Below, in pieces: positions 37,728-47,674 of a DNA stretch of 64,000 nt. Numbering within the stretch: the first letter of the stretch is position 1; each line of letters opens with the position of its first letter. The stretch is taken from NCBI GenBank assembly GCA_029978325.1, contig JAPOJR010000001.1, positions 1,773 to 65,772 on the forward strand, read 5' to 3'. The stretch comes from Alphaproteobacteria bacterium (GTDB taxonomy: Bacteria > Pseudomonadota > Alphaproteobacteria > Bin95). A program made the translations under genes and the position numbers. The notes under the pieces were generated by a model. The model made no database searches. It was not told where the DNA came from and saw only the letters and a program-made list of their open reading frames with translations.

Positions 37728-38154
37728 CCGACAAACAAAGGCTCTCACCAAGCTGCACTATTTGCAACGCCTGCAAGCCCTTTCAGCGCAACAGCAGGCC
37801 GCCCAGGCCCAGGCCGCCGCTACGGCTATCGGACAGCAGATCGCCGGCCTCGATCGCCGTGTGACCGCCGAAGCCGCAGCGCTTGCCGACTACCGCGATG
37901 CCGCCGCTATGGGCCGCTGGGCCGACCTGATGGACCACCGGCGCGGCGGTCTGTTGCATCGCCAGGCCGAAGCGCAGCAACACGCGGACCGGCTGGCCAT
38001 CAAAGCGGCAACTGCGCGCCTGACTGTCGAGCAGCATGGCGAATTGCTACGCCACCTCCGCGAGCAATTGCGGATCGAAGAACGGCGCGTGGCAACCCGC
38101 AAGGAGTGGGAGATTGCGGCGGCCAAGCCCGGCCCGGACTGCGACGAGCCATAA
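37717..38154 (+). CDS. Hypothetical Ala/Gln-rich coiled-coil protein at the end of the flagellar operon (possibly FliJ-like)
   Basis: Long ORF 37633..38154 in the frame that continues past flhB. A plausible GTG start at 37717 overlaps the flhB stop by 11 nt. Heptad-like composition; no catalytic motifs. Confidence 0.4.
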   Translation: MPDDRQTKALTKLHYLQRLQALSAQQQAAQAQAAATAIGQQIAGLDRRVTAEAAALADYRDAAAMGRWADLMDHRRGGLLHRQAEAQQHADRLAIKAATARLTVEQHGELLRHLREQLRIEERRVATRKEWEIAAAKPGPDCDEP

Positions 38155-38246
38155 GTCGCTGGCTTGGCATTGGCGCAGACACAGACTCGGCGATACACTG
38201 GGCGGCAAACTGCTCCCGACTGCCCGTCTCCACGAAAGTGCCCGTC

Positions 38247-39548
38247 ATGACCGACCGTCCGAACCAAGGCCCCGGCTTCCACACGCTGGCCGTCCATGCC
38301 GGCGCCTCGCCCGATCCAGCCACCGGCGCGCGGGCGACGCCGATCTATCAGACCACCGCCTATGTGTTCGACGACGCCGACCATGCCGCCTCTCTGTTCA
38401 ACCTCCAGACCTATGGCTACATCTATTCCCGGCTGACCAACCCGACGGTCAGCGTTCTGGAGGAGCGGATCGCGGCGCTGGAGGATGGTAAGGGCGCGAT
38501 CGCCACCGCTTCGGGCCATGCCGCACAGATGCTGATCAGCTTTGTATTGATGCAACCCGGCGCGCATATTCTGGCCTCGAACAAGCTCTACGGCGGATCT
38601 CTGACCCAGTTCACCAATACCTTCAAGAAGTTTGGCTGGGATGCAACCTTACTGGACCCGGATAACCCAGCCGACTTCCGCCAGCACATCCGGCCGGAAA
38701 CCAAGGCCATTTTCATCGAGAGCTTGGCCAACCCTACCGGCGTCATCGCCGACATTGCCGCGTTCGCCGACATCGCCCACGAGGCCGGCATCCCACTGAT
38801 CGTCGATAATACCTCGGCAACGCCCTATCTCTGCCGACCGTTCGAATGGGGGGCGGACATCATCACCCACTCGACGACCAAGTTCCTGTCCGGCCACGGC
38901 AATGCGATGGGTGGCATGGTAGTGGACAGTGGCAAGTTCGATTGGGGCCAGAACGACAAGTTCCCATCGCTGACCCGACCGGAACCCGCCTATCACGGCC
39001 TCACCTTCTATGAGACCTTCGGCGACCTGGCTCTGACCGTGCATGGCCACGCCATCGGCCTGCGCGATTTAGGCGCGACCATGGCGCCGATGAATGCCTA
39101 CCTGACCATCACCGGCTGCGAGACCCTGGGCCTGCGCGTCGCCAAGCATTGCGAAAATGCCCTGGCCGTGGCGCAGTACCTGGAAGCGCACCCCGCGGTG
39201 AACTGGGTTTCCTACCCCGGCCTCAAAAGCTCGAAGTACTATGACCTGCATCAGAAATACATGCCAAAGGGCGCGGGCTCGGTGTTTTCCGTCAGCCTGA
39301 AGGGCGGCTACGAGGCCGGCTTGAAACTGGTGGATGCGCTGGAATTGTTCAGCCATGTCGCCAATATCGGCGATACCCGCTCGCTGGTGATCCACCCAGC
39401 CAGCACGACTCACCGCCAGTTGGATGAAAAAGCCCAGATCGCCTCCGGCGCAGGGCCGGACGTGGTTCGCCTGTCCATCGGCATCGAAGACGCCGCCGAC
39501 ATCATCGCCGACCTGGACCAGGCCTTGGCGGTTGCGATGCGCGCCTGA
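38247..39548 (+). CDS. metY: O-acetylhomoserine aminocarboxypropyltransferase / PLP-dependent Cys-Met metabolism enzyme
   Basis: 434 aa from ATG 38247 (MTDRPNQG). PLP-lysine region (..STTKFLSGHG..); strong similarity to the MetY/MetZ family. Confidence 0.85.
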   Translation: MTDRPNQGPGFHTLAVHAGASPDPATGARATPIYQTTAYVFDDADHAASLFNLQTYGYIYSRLTNPTVSVLEERIAALEDGKGAIATASGHAAQMLISFVLMQPGAHILASNKLYGGSLTQFTNTFKKFGWDATLLDPDNPADFRQHIRPETKAIFIESLANPTGVIADIAAFADIAHEAGIPLIVDNTSATPYLCRPFEWGADIITHSTTKFLSGHGNAMGGMVVDSGKFDWGQNDKFPSLTRPEPAYHGLTFYETFGDLALTVHGHAIGLRDLGATMAPMNAYLTITGCETLGLRVAKHCENALAVAQYLEAHPAVNWVSYPGLKSSKYYDLHQKYMPKGAGSVFSVSLKGGYEAGLKLVDALELFSHVANIGDTRSLVIHPASTTHRQLDEKAQIASGAGPDVVRLSIGIEDAADIIADLDQALAVAMRA

Positions 39549-39563
39549 CCACCGCCGTCGTCT

Positions 39564-39603
39564 AAAAAAAACCGGCTCCTGGCTATTGTGCCGGAAGCCG
39601 GGT
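39564..39603 (-). terminator. Rho-independent terminator of sdhB, read on the minus strand
   Basis: Minus-strand read: cccggcttccgg...ccaggagccgg stem followed by TTTTTTTT (the plus-strand A8 run at ~39563-39571). Confidence 0.6.
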
Positions 39604-39651
39604 TCGAAAAGCAGAGCGGACCGTCGCGGGCGACGGTAAAGACGCAGACGC

Positions 39652-40431
39652 CTACCCCTGTCGTGCCAGCATCATCTTCTTGGTTTCAGCAATCGCCTTG
39701 GCCGGGTTCAGGCCTTTCGGGCAGGTGTTGGTGCAGTTCATGATGGTGTGGCAGCGATAGAGCTTGAACGGATCTTCCAGATCGTCCAGTCGCTCACCCG
39801 TCGCCTCATCACGGCTGTCAGCCAGCCAGCGATAGCTCTGCAGCAGCACAGCCGGGCCCAGATAACGGTCGCTGTTCCACCAATAGCTGGGGCAGGAGGT
39901 GGAGCAGCAGAAGCACAGAATGCACTCCCACAGGCCATCCAGCTTCTCGCGCTCCTCGACCGATTGCAGGCGCTCGCGGTTCGGCGGATTGGTCTCGGTC
40001 TTCAGCCAGGGCTCAACCGAGGCCAGCTGGGCATAAATGTGCTTCAGATCGGGCACCAGGTCCTTCACCACCGGCATATGCGGCAGCGGATAGATGGCGA
40101 CATCGCCCTTCACCTCGTCGATGGCCTTGGTGCAGGCCAGCGTGTTGGTGCCGTCGATGTTCATCGCGCACGAGCCGCAAATACCCTCACGGCAGGAGCG
40201 GCGGAAGGTCAGGGTAGAATCGACCTCGTTCTTGATCTTGATCAGCGCGTCCAGGACCATCGGCCCGCATTCGGCCATGTCGATGACGTACTCGTCCAAC
40301 TGCGGGTTCTGGTCGTCGTCCGGCGACCAACGATAGACCTTGAACGTCCGCGGATTTTTCGGCGGAGTCGCCGGGGTGTGCTTCTTGCCCGGCTTGATCT
40401 TGGAGTTCTTCGGCAGCGTAAATTCAGCCAT
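39652..40431 (-). CDS. sdhB: Succinate dehydrogenase iron-sulfur subunit
   Basis: 259 aa; 2Fe-2S (CREGICGSC), 4Fe-4S and 3Fe-4S cysteine clusters. Confidence 0.95.
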   Translation of the reverse strand: MAEFTLPKNSKIKPGKKHTPATPPKNPRTFKVYRWSPDDDQNPQLDEYVIDMAECGPMVLDALIKIKNEVDSTLTFRRSCREGICGSCAMNIDGTNTLACTKAIDEVKGDVAIYPLPHMPVVKDLVPDLKHIYAQLASVEPWLKTETNPPNRERLQSVEEREKLDGLWECILCFCCSTSCPSYWWNSDRYLGPAVLLQSYRWLADSRDEATGERLDDLEDPFKLYRCHTIMNCTNTCPKGLNPAKAIAETKKMMLARQG

Positions 40432-40470
40432 AGGATTGGTCTCTTGTGCCTAGAATGATCGAAAAGCCGG

Positions 40471-42285
40471 TTAGTACACGCGAACCTGAGGTGCGATGTA
40501 TTCGACCTCGTCCGGGTTCAGGGTGTAGTCGTGCACCGGGCGGTAGGTCAGCGAAACACGGCGGTCCTCGGAATACCAGGCCAGCGTGTGCTTCATCCAT
40601 TCCTCGTCGTTGCGGTCCGGAATGTCGTCGCGGGCGTGGGCGCCGCGGCTTTCCTTCCGAGCCTCTGCCGAGATCATGGTGACCTGCGAACACGTCATCA
40701 GGTTGTCGAGCTCCAACGTTTCCACCAGATCCGAGTTCCAGATCAGCGAGCGGTCGTTGACCCTGATGTCTTCGATGGCGCCAGCGGCCTGCTCGATCTT
40801 GCGGCAGCCCTCTTCCATCGACTGCTGCTCGCGGAACACCGCGGCATGCAACTGCATCGAGCGTTGCATCGAGTCGCGGATCTCCGCCGTCCCGGTCGAG
40901 CCCTTGGCGTGCCGGAACTTGTCCAGGCGGCCGAGCGCCATGTCCGCAGCATCCTTCGCCAGCTCCGGCTGGCTCGCGCCGGGGGTCACGGTCTCAGCGC
41001 AGCGCAGCCCGGCGGCCCGGCCGAACACGACCAGATCGAGCAGCGAGTTGGTGCCGAGGCGGTTCGCGCCATGCACCGAGACGCTGGCGCATTCGCCCAC
41101 CGCCATCAGGCCGGGCACGACGGCGTCGTCGTTGTCCGCTGTCGGCCGCAACACCTCGCCATGATAGTTGGTCGGAATGCCGCCCATGTTGTAGTGCACG
41201 GTCGGCAGCACCGGGATCGGCTCCTTCGTGGCATCGACGCCGGCGAAGATTTTTGCGGTCTCGGTAATGCCCGGCAGGCGCAGGTTGAGCACGTCCGCGC
41301 CCAAATGCTCCAGGTGCAGCAGGATGTGATCCTTGTTCGGGCCAACGCCGCGGCCTTCCAGGATTTCCACGGTCATGGAGCGGCTGACGACGTCGCGGCT
41401 CGCCAGGTCCTTCGCGGTCGGTGCGTAACGCTCCATAAAGCGCTCGCCCTCGCTATTGGTGAGGTAGCCGCCCTCGCCGCGCGAGCCCTCGGTGATGAGG
41501 CAACCGGCGCCGAAAATGCCGGTCGGGTGGAACTGCACGAACTCCATATCCTGGTTCGGCAGGCCGGCACGCGCCACCATGCCATTGCCGTCGCCGGTGC
41601 AGGTATGGGCAGACGTGCAGGAGAAATAGCTGCGGCCATACCCACCGGTCGCCAAAATCACCTGCTGCGCCTGGAACCGATGCATGGTGCCATCGTCCAG
41701 GTTCCAGGCGACGACGCCCTGGCAGGCGCCTTCCTGGCTCATGATCAGGTCGATGGCGAAGTATTCGACGAAGAACTCCGCCTGGTGCTTCAGGCTCTGC
41801 TGATAGAGCGTGTGCAGCAGGGCGTGACCGGTGCGGTCCGCGGCGGAGCAGGCGCGCAGGGCCGGTGACTTGCCATAGTCCTTCATGTGGCCGCCGAAGG
41901 GGCGCTGATAGATTTTGCCCTCTTCCGTGCGGCTGAACGGCATGCCGAAATGCTCAAGCTCGATGATCGAGGGCACGGCCTGACGGCACATGTATTCGAT
42001 GGCGTCCTGGTCGCCCAGCCAATCCGCACCCTTGACGGTGTCGTACATGTGCCAGTGCCAGTGGTCCTCACCCATATTGCCGAGCGCGGCCGAGATGCCG
42101 CCCTGCGCCGCTACGGTGTGCGAGCGGGTCGGGAAGACCTTGGTCACGCATGCGGTCTTGAGCCCGGCCTGCACGCAGCCGAGGACCGCGCGCAGACCGG
42201 ATCCGCCACCGCCAACGACAACGACGTCATAGGTGTGGTCTTGAACTGTATAGGCTTGCGTCACGGCATCAGCCTCCAAATGCAA
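40471..42285 (-). CDS. sdhA: Succinate dehydrogenase flavoprotein subunit
   Basis: About 600 aa; FAD-binding [10 protein letters not shown]; covalent-FAD His region; C-terminus typical of SdhA. Confidence 0.95.
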   Translation of the reverse strand: MHLEADAVTQAYTVQDHTYDVVVVGGGGSGLRAVLGCVQAGLKTACVTKVFPTRSHTVAAQGGISAALGNMGEDHWHWHMYDTVKGADWLGDQDAIEYMCRQAVPSIIELEHFGMPFSRTEEGKIYQRPFGGHMKDYGKSPALRACSAADRTGHALLHTLYQQSLKHQAEFFVEYFAIDLIMSQEGACQGVVAWNLDDGTMHRFQAQQVILATGGYGRSYFSCTSAHTCTGDGNGMVARAGLPNQDMEFVQFHPTGIFGAGCLITEGSRGEGGYLTNSEGERFMERYAPTAKDLASRDVVSRSMTVEILEGRGVGPNKDHILLHLEHLGADVLNLRLPGITETAKIFAGVDATKEPIPVLPTVHYNMGGIPTNYHGEVLRPTADNDDAVVPGLMAVGECASVSVHGANRLGTNSLLDLVVFGRAAGLRCAETVTPGASQPELAKDAADMALGRLDKFRHAKGSTGTAEIRDSMQRSMQLHAAVFREQQSMEEGCRKIEQAAGAIEDIRVNDRSLIWNSDLVETLELDNLMTCSQVTMISAEARKESRGAHARDDIPDRNDEEWMKHTLAWYSEDRRVSLTYRPVHDYTLNPDEVEYIAPQVRVY

Positions 42286-42649
42286 TTCGGGCGACGGAGA
42301 ACACTCCGAGCAGCCCCAGGAAGAAAGCGCCGCCCTTGACGATCAGCAAGGATGCGATCTTGCAGGATTCAGCGTGGATATAGTCTTCGATCACCACTTG
42401 CAGGCCAAGCTGCGCATGGTGGAAGGTGGCGATGATCAGGCAGATCATCATAACGGCAGGCAACGGCGAGCCGATCCAAGCACGGGCCTCTTCATACGAA
42501 GCGCCTGCGTGCACGATCAGGCTGATGACAAACCAGATGACCAGCGGCACCAATGCAACCGCAGTCACACGCTGGAGCCACCAATGATGCGTGCCCGATT
42601 TAGCTGAGCCGAGGCCACGCGCAGTGGCCAAAGGAGAGCGTAATGACAT
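42269..42649 (-). CDS. sdhD: Succinate dehydrogenase membrane anchor subunit
   Basis: 126 aa; three TM helices; heme-ligand His; position between sdhC and sdhA. Confidence 0.85.
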   Translation of the reverse strand: MSLRSPLATARGLGSAKSGTHHWWLQRVTAVALVPLVIWFVISLIVHAGASYEEARAWIGSPLPAVMMICLIIATFHHAQLGLQVVIEDYIHAESCKIASLLIVKGGAFFLGLLGVFSVARIAFGG

Positions 42650-42664
42650 TTTCTCTGGTCTCCC

Positions 42665-43051
42665 TTACATGGCCGCGTAGCCGGCGATCCAACAGATCAC
42701 CGTCAAAGCCACCGAGGTAATCACCACGTGCGTGCCGGATTTGCGCGCCTGCTCCAGCTCCAGCCAGTGCCCTGCATCCCACATTAGGTGCCGCAGGCCA
42801 TTGCAGAGATGGTACATCAGACAGAACGTCCAGCCGAACAGCAACAGTTGGCCAATGACCGAACCGGCTATACCCTGGAAACTGGCGTAATATTCCGCCG
42901 ATCCGGCCGCAGCCGCCAGCCACCAGACCAGCACGACGGCACCCGCCGACAGCGCTACGCCCGTGGCGCGGTGCGAGATCGAAAGGACAGAGGTCCATTG
43001 CGGCCGATAGACCTGCAAATGGGGGGAGAGCGGACGCTCAGCACTGGCCAT
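42665..43051 (-). CDS. sdhC: Succinate dehydrogenase cytochrome b556 subunit
   Basis: 128 aa; RPLSPHLQVYR N-terminal signature. Confidence 0.9.
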   Translation of the reverse strand: MASAERPLSPHLQVYRPQWTSVLSISHRATGVALSAGAVVLVWWLAAAAGSAEYYASFQGIAGSVIGQLLLFGWTFCLMYHLCNGLRHLMWDAGHWLELEQARKSGTHVVITSVALTVICWIAGYAAM

Positions 43052-43131
43052 TAGGAGCCCTCAATTCAATTCGGTTGAGCGGGTGTGCGCTTGCCGCGCG
43101 GCGATTGATTTATCTTCCCTTAAAGTCGTCA

Positions 43132-43145
43132 TTGACGCAAGTCAA
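43132..43145. promoter_or_regulatory. Perfect inverted repeat TTGAC-GCAA-GTCAA in the sdhCDAB upstream region
   Basis: ttgacgcaagtcaa lies about 80 nt upstream of the sdhC start. It is a candidate operator or promoter element. Confidence 0.3.
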
Positions 43146-43170
43146 CAAACCGGACGGTAAGTGTTTATGT

Positions 43171-44457
43171 TTACGAAACCGACCGCAGTTTCGCGGCCAT
43201 TTCCAACAATTTCTCAAGATTTTGCGCCGGCGTATCCGGCGCTTTGCCAAAGTCAACCTGGGCCGGCGAGAGCGCCGGCACCAGCTTCAGCAATGCGTCT
43301 TCGCCATCCGACGCCAACAATAAGGCATCGGCCTGGCTCAAATAATAGGCAGAGAGCCGCATGGTATAGCGGTAGAGATTAACCAAAATCTGAACGATAA
43401 ACAGCATAATAAACAAAATGCCAAACCGCGTAATACCCGATGCAATTAGCAAGTTCAGATTGTTGGCCTCTTCGGCAGATCCGAAATCGGTCTGAATATT
43501 GGTTTTGAGATAGGCGGTGCGCTCTCTCAATATCGTACCGATCGCGTCTTCGTGCGCATCGCGAACCAGTATCAACTTCCGCTCAGCCACGTCCAACTGT
43601 TTGAACTCCGGCGTCGATTTGTATGCTTCAGGGTCCGGGTTCGGGTCGCGGGTCGTGCGCTTGGCGAGGTCTTCCTGCTTTTGCCGGTTGCTCAGCAAAT
43701 CCGACTGCGCTCGGTCCAATGCCGCAGTTTCCGCCGTCAGCAACTCCTGAATTCGCTCGGGCCCGGTCTTGCCGACTCCAAGGTTGGCGATAAAGCCGGC
43801 GAACAGGATCACACAGACCGCAACCACCAGCAACGCACCGATACCAGTCAGTGCGACGAACGAGAACCGGCGCATCTGCACCGCCCGGTTCCGCAAGTCG
43901 CGAGCCAGTTCAAACCGCACGGCCGGCCTGCCCAGCATCTCCAATGTTACGGTATCCGGCAACACCCAGCCCGATGCCGGCTGCGGCTCGTTCACCGGAC
44001 CACCGCCCGCGAGCAGATCGATCCCCGGGAACACCACCGCTCGGAAATCGAACAACATCATGCCGCAAAGCGCCGCCGCGGATGCAATCAGCACAATTAT
44101 CGGCCAAAGACCGAATAGCCCTACAGACAGCATCATCGCCAAGGCGACAATCAGCGGAAACGCGGTGGCCCGGATCAGGTAGCTGGTGACCGGACGGCGA
44201 CGCAATGGCCAGGCCAGTATCGTCCTGCGGCTAGCCTGTTTCCACTCTGGCACGGCTGAGGCCAGCCCAAGCGCAGCCCAGCCAACCGCAACACCGACCA
44301 ATGCAGCCTGAGAAAGGTCGGGTGCATCGTTCAATCGACCGAATACCGCAGACGCCAGACTGGCAACCAGGTTATTCAGGTATAGCGCTTCGACGATCAG
44401 GATCGCCGCGACGGCTGCGCAGCCAACCAGCACAAAGAACCCTATTGTTCGCAACAT
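43171..44457 (-). CDS. Hypothetical membrane protein of unknown function
   Basis: ORF 43171..44556 with candidate starts at 44556, 44499 and 44457 (MLRTIGFF). About 5 N-terminal TM helices, a central charged coiled-coil segment, and a C-terminal TM helix plus soluble tail. No recognisable catalytic motif. Confidence 0.6.
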   Translation of the reverse strand: MLRTIGFFVLVGCAAVAAILIVEALYLNNLVASLASAVFGRLNDAPDLSQAALVGVAVGWAALGLASAVPEWKQASRRTILAWPLRRRPVTSYLIRATAFPLIVALAMMLSVGLFGLWPIIVLIASAAALCGMMLFDFRAVVFPGIDLLAGGGPVNEPQPASGWVLPDTVTLEMLGRPAVRFELARDLRNRAVQMRRFSFVALTGIGALLVVAVCVILFAGFIANLGVGKTGPERIQELLTAETAALDRAQSDLLSNRQKQEDLAKRTTRDPNPDPEAYKSTPEFKQLDVAERKLILVRDAHEDAIGTILRERTAYLKTNIQTDFGSAEEANNLNLLIASGITRFGILFIMLFIVQILVNLYRYTMRLSAYYLSQADALLLASDGEDALLKLVPALSPAQVDFGKAPDTPAQNLEKLLEMAAKLRSVS

Positions 44458-44653
44458 CGGCGTTTCCCGTCTCTGCCGCGGGCCGGCGTTTCCGCCCATC
44501 GGGACGGCGTTTGAATCTGAGCGCTTCTGCAACCTAAGATACAGAACCCCTCGCAATCAAGCTGTGACCTGGAACACAGAGGGAAGACAGACAGGCTCAG
44601 TTTGTTCCAGAAAACCAGGTTCCACCAAAACTCCGCCGAACTGAGGCTCGCCC

Positions 44654-46198
44654 ATGACCAACGCCGCCCCCGCCACCCCCACCGCTCCGACCATCCGCCT
44701 CGACGCCGCCGACAATGTCGCCGTCGCGCGGGTTGAGATCGCCAAAGGCACCTATGTCGCCAGCGAGGATGTCACGACGCTGCAGGACGTGCCGATGGGC
44801 CACAAAATCGCCACCCGCCCTATCGCCAAGGGGGAGCCGGTGCTGAAATACAACACGGTCATCGGCTTTGCCGGCGAGGACATCGTGCCCGGCACGTGGA
44901 TGCACACGCACAACGTGCTGATGGACTCGTTCCAGAAAGATTACGCCTTCGCCCGCGACTACAAGCCGACCGAATTCCTGCCACCGGCGCAGCGCGCGAC
45001 GTTCCAGGGCATTGTCCGCGCCGATGGCAGGGTAGCGACGCGCAACTATATCGGCGTCTTCATCACCGTGAATTGCTCCGCCACCGTCGCCCGCAAAATC
45101 GCCAACTATTTCGATGAAGAGCGGCTGGAGGATTTTCCGAACGTCGACGGCGTCATCCCGTTCATCCATGAGCAGGGCTGCGGCATGGAGATGACCGGTG
45201 AGCCGATGGACCTGCTGCGCCGCACGCTGGCAGGCTATATCCGCCACCCGAATATGGCCGGCGCGCTGGTGGTGGCGCTGGGTTGCGAGCGCAACAATCT
45301 GGCCCAGTTCTTTGCCGAACAAAGCCTCGCCGGCGGCACCATGCTCAAAGCCATCACCATGCAGGAGGCCGGCGGCACCAAGGCAGCGATCGACATGGGC
45401 AAGGCCGCCATCCGCGAAATGCTGGTGGAGGCCAACAAGGTGCAACGCGTGCCGTGCTCGGCCGAGCATATCTCCATCGGCCTGCAATGCGGCGGTTCCG
45501 ACGGCTTTTCCGGCCTGTCCGCCAATCCGGCGCTGGGCAAGGCCATGGATATTCTGGTGAAGAATGGCGGCACCGCTATCCTCTCCGAAACGCCGGAGCT
45601 TTACGGCGTTGAGCACACGCTGACCGCCCGGGCCCAGAATCTCGCCGTCGGCCAGACCTTCGTCGACCGCATCAACTGGTGGCTGGAGTATAACGAGGGC
45701 CGCGATACCCAGATCAATGGCCGCGTCTCGCCCGGCAACAATGCCGGCGGCCTGGCCAATATCATTGAAAAGGCGCTGGGCGGTGCCAAGAAGGGTGGCT
45801 CCACCGGTGTCATGGGCGTTTACGAATACGCCCAGCCGGTGACGGAAAAGGGCCTGGTGATTATGGACACGCCCGGCTTCGACCCGGTCTCCGCTACCGG
45901 CCAGATCGCCGGCGGGGCGAACCTGGTGTGCTTTACCACAGGCCGGGGCTCCTGCTTCGGCTCCTACCCCTCACCGACGATCAAGCTGGCGAGCAACACG
46001 CCGATGTACCAGCGCATGATCGGCGACATGGATATCAACTGCGGGCCGGTGATCGACGGCGAAAAAACACTGGACCAGATGGGCGAGGAAATATTCGCCG
46101 AAATCCTGGCGGTCGCCTCCGGCAAGCCCTCAAAAAGCGAGGCTCTCGGCGTCGGGGAGGATGAATTCGCGCCCTGGCCCATCGGGGTGCTGTCCTAA
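44654..46198 (+). CDS. Altronate/galactarate dehydratase-family (UxaA-like) hydro-lyase
   Basis: 514 aa; N-terminal SAF domain followed by the large UxaA C-terminal domain. Confidence 0.8.
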   Translation: MTNAAPATPTAPTIRLDAADNVAVARVEIAKGTYVASEDVTTLQDVPMGHKIATRPIAKGEPVLKYNTVIGFAGEDIVPGTWMHTHNVLMDSFQKDYAFARDYKPTEFLPPAQRATFQGIVRADGRVATRNYIGVFITVNCSATVARKIANYFDEERLEDFPNVDGVIPFIHEQGCGMEMTGEPMDLLRRTLAGYIRHPNMAGALVVALGCERNNLAQFFAEQSLAGGTMLKAITMQEAGGTKAAIDMGKAAIREMLVEANKVQRVPCSAEHISIGLQCGGSDGFSGLSANPALGKAMDILVKNGGTAILSETPELYGVEHTLTARAQNLAVGQTFVDRINWWLEYNEGRDTQINGRVSPGNNAGGLANIIEKALGGAKKGGSTGVMGVYEYAQPVTEKGLVIMDTPGFDPVSATGQIAGGANLVCFTTGRGSCFGSYPSPTIKLASNTPMYQRMIGDMDINCGPVIDGEKTLDQMGEEIFAEILAVASGKPSKSEALGVGEDEFAPWPIGVLS

Positions 46199-46255
46199 CC
46201 GCTCGAAGCCCCTATAATTCCGCAGCAAAATGCCCAATACTGAAGGAAACACCCC

Positions 46256-47020
46256 ATGGACCTCCACCTCGCCGGCAAAACGGCGCTCGTCACCGGCGCA
46301 TCCAAGGGCATCGGCCTCGCCGCGGCCCGCGAACTGGCCGCAGAGGGCTGCAACCTGCACCTGGCCTCGCGCACCGAGGCCGATCTGCAGAAAGCCGCCG
46401 ATGAGCTTCGCGCCAAGCACCAGGTCAATGTCACCATCCACGCCATCGACATCGCCCAGAAAGGCAATTCCGAGAAACTGGCCGCGGCCTGCCAGGACAT
46501 TAACATCCTGGTTAACAACGCCGGCGCGATTCCACCCGGCAATATCTTGGATATCGATGAGGACCGCTGGCGCGACGCCTGGAACCTGAAGGTGTTCGGC
46601 TATATCAACCTGACCCGCGCGGTCTATCCGGTGCTGAAGGCCAAGGGTGGCGGCGTCATCGTCAATGTCATGGGCATGGCCGGCTTCTCGCCGAATTTCG
46701 CCTATGTCGCCGGTTCGACCGCCAATGCAGGCCTGATGCACTTCACCCGGTCGATGGGAGGCCGCTCCGTCGACGATGGCATCCGCGTCGTCGGCCTTAA
46801 CCCCGGCCTGGTCGCGACCGAACGCATGATTACCATGTGCAAAGGTTGGGCCAAGGACCAGCTCGGCGACGAAAGCCGCTGGGAGGAAATGGTCCAGAAG
46901 AACCCGCCGCCCGGCAAGCCGGAGGAGATCGCCGACCTCATCACCTACCTGGCCAGCGACCGCGCCAGCCACGTCACCGGCACCGTGATCAACATCGACG
47001 GCGGCGCGTCCTCGCGCTAA
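46256..47020 (+). CDS. SDR-family oxidoreductase
   Basis: 254 aa; TGASKGIG motif; NNAG; catalytic Tyr/Lys region. Confidence 0.85.
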   Translation: MDLHLAGKTALVTGASKGIGLAAARELAAEGCNLHLASRTEADLQKAADELRAKHQVNVTIHAIDIAQKGNSEKLAAACQDINILVNNAGAIPPGNILDIDEDRWRDAWNLKVFGYINLTRAVYPVLKAKGGGVIVNVMGMAGFSPNFAYVAGSTANAGLMHFTRSMGGRSVDDGIRVVGLNPGLVATERMITMCKGWAKDQLGDESRWEEMVQKNPPPGKPEEIADLITYLASDRASHVTGTVINIDGGASSR

Positions 47021-47057
47021 CCTTCCACCTGAAAACCCTGTTTCTGGAGCCTCTATC

Positions 47058-47669
47058 ATGGCCAAGCTAGAATTCTTCTTCGATTACTCCAGCCCCTGGA
47101 CCTATCTCGCGTTCGACCGGATCGAAGCGCTGGCCAAGCGCACCGGTGCGGAACTGGTCTGGAAGCCGTTCCTGGTCGGCGGCGTATTCAACAAAGTCAA
47201 CCCGTCGGTCTATCAGCGCCGCGAAAACCCGATCCCGGCCAAGGACAATCACTACCGCAAGACCATGCAGGACTGGGCGGCCTACCAGGGCATCGTCTTC
47301 GGCCCGCGCACCGTATTCCCGCTGAACAGCGTCAAGGCCCTGCGCGGCGCTTTTGTCGCCATCGACCAGGGGAAAATCAGCGAATATAGCCGGGCCTGCT
47401 TCGAAGCCTACTGGACCAACGACAAGGACATCTCGAAGGAAGACGAACTGCGCAAATGCGTCGAGCGGGCCGGCATGAACGCCGACGACTTTTTCGCCCA
47501 GATCGCCACCGATGAGGTCAAGCAGAAGCTGTTCAGCACGACCGACGACCTGATCGGCCGCGGCGGCTATGGCTCGCCGACATTCTTCGTCAATGGCGAT
47601 GACATGTATTTCGGCAACGACAACCTTGAAATCGTCGAATGGGCGCTGAAAGGCAAAAAAACGGCGTAG
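47058..47669 (+). CDS. 2-hydroxychromene-2-carboxylate isomerase-family / DsbA-like thioredoxin-fold protein
   Basis: 203 aa; N-terminal FFFDYSSPWTY motif typical of HCCA-isomerase/DsbA-like proteins. Confidence 0.75.
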   Translation: MAKLEFFFDYSSPWTYLAFDRIEALAKRTGAELVWKPFLVGGVFNKVNPSVYQRRENPIPAKDNHYRKTMQDWAAYQGIVFGPRTVFPLNSVKALRGAFVAIDQGKISEYSRACFEAYWTNDKDISKEDELRKCVERAGMNADDFFAQIATDEVKQKLFSTTDDLIGRGGYGSPTFFVNGDDMYFGNDNLEIVEWALKGKKTA

Positions 47670-47674
47670 TGCCG

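Noticed and set aside
40531-41868. 445-aa plus-strand ORF antisense to sdhA
   Set aside because: Shadow ORF opposite a universally conserved flavoprotein gene.
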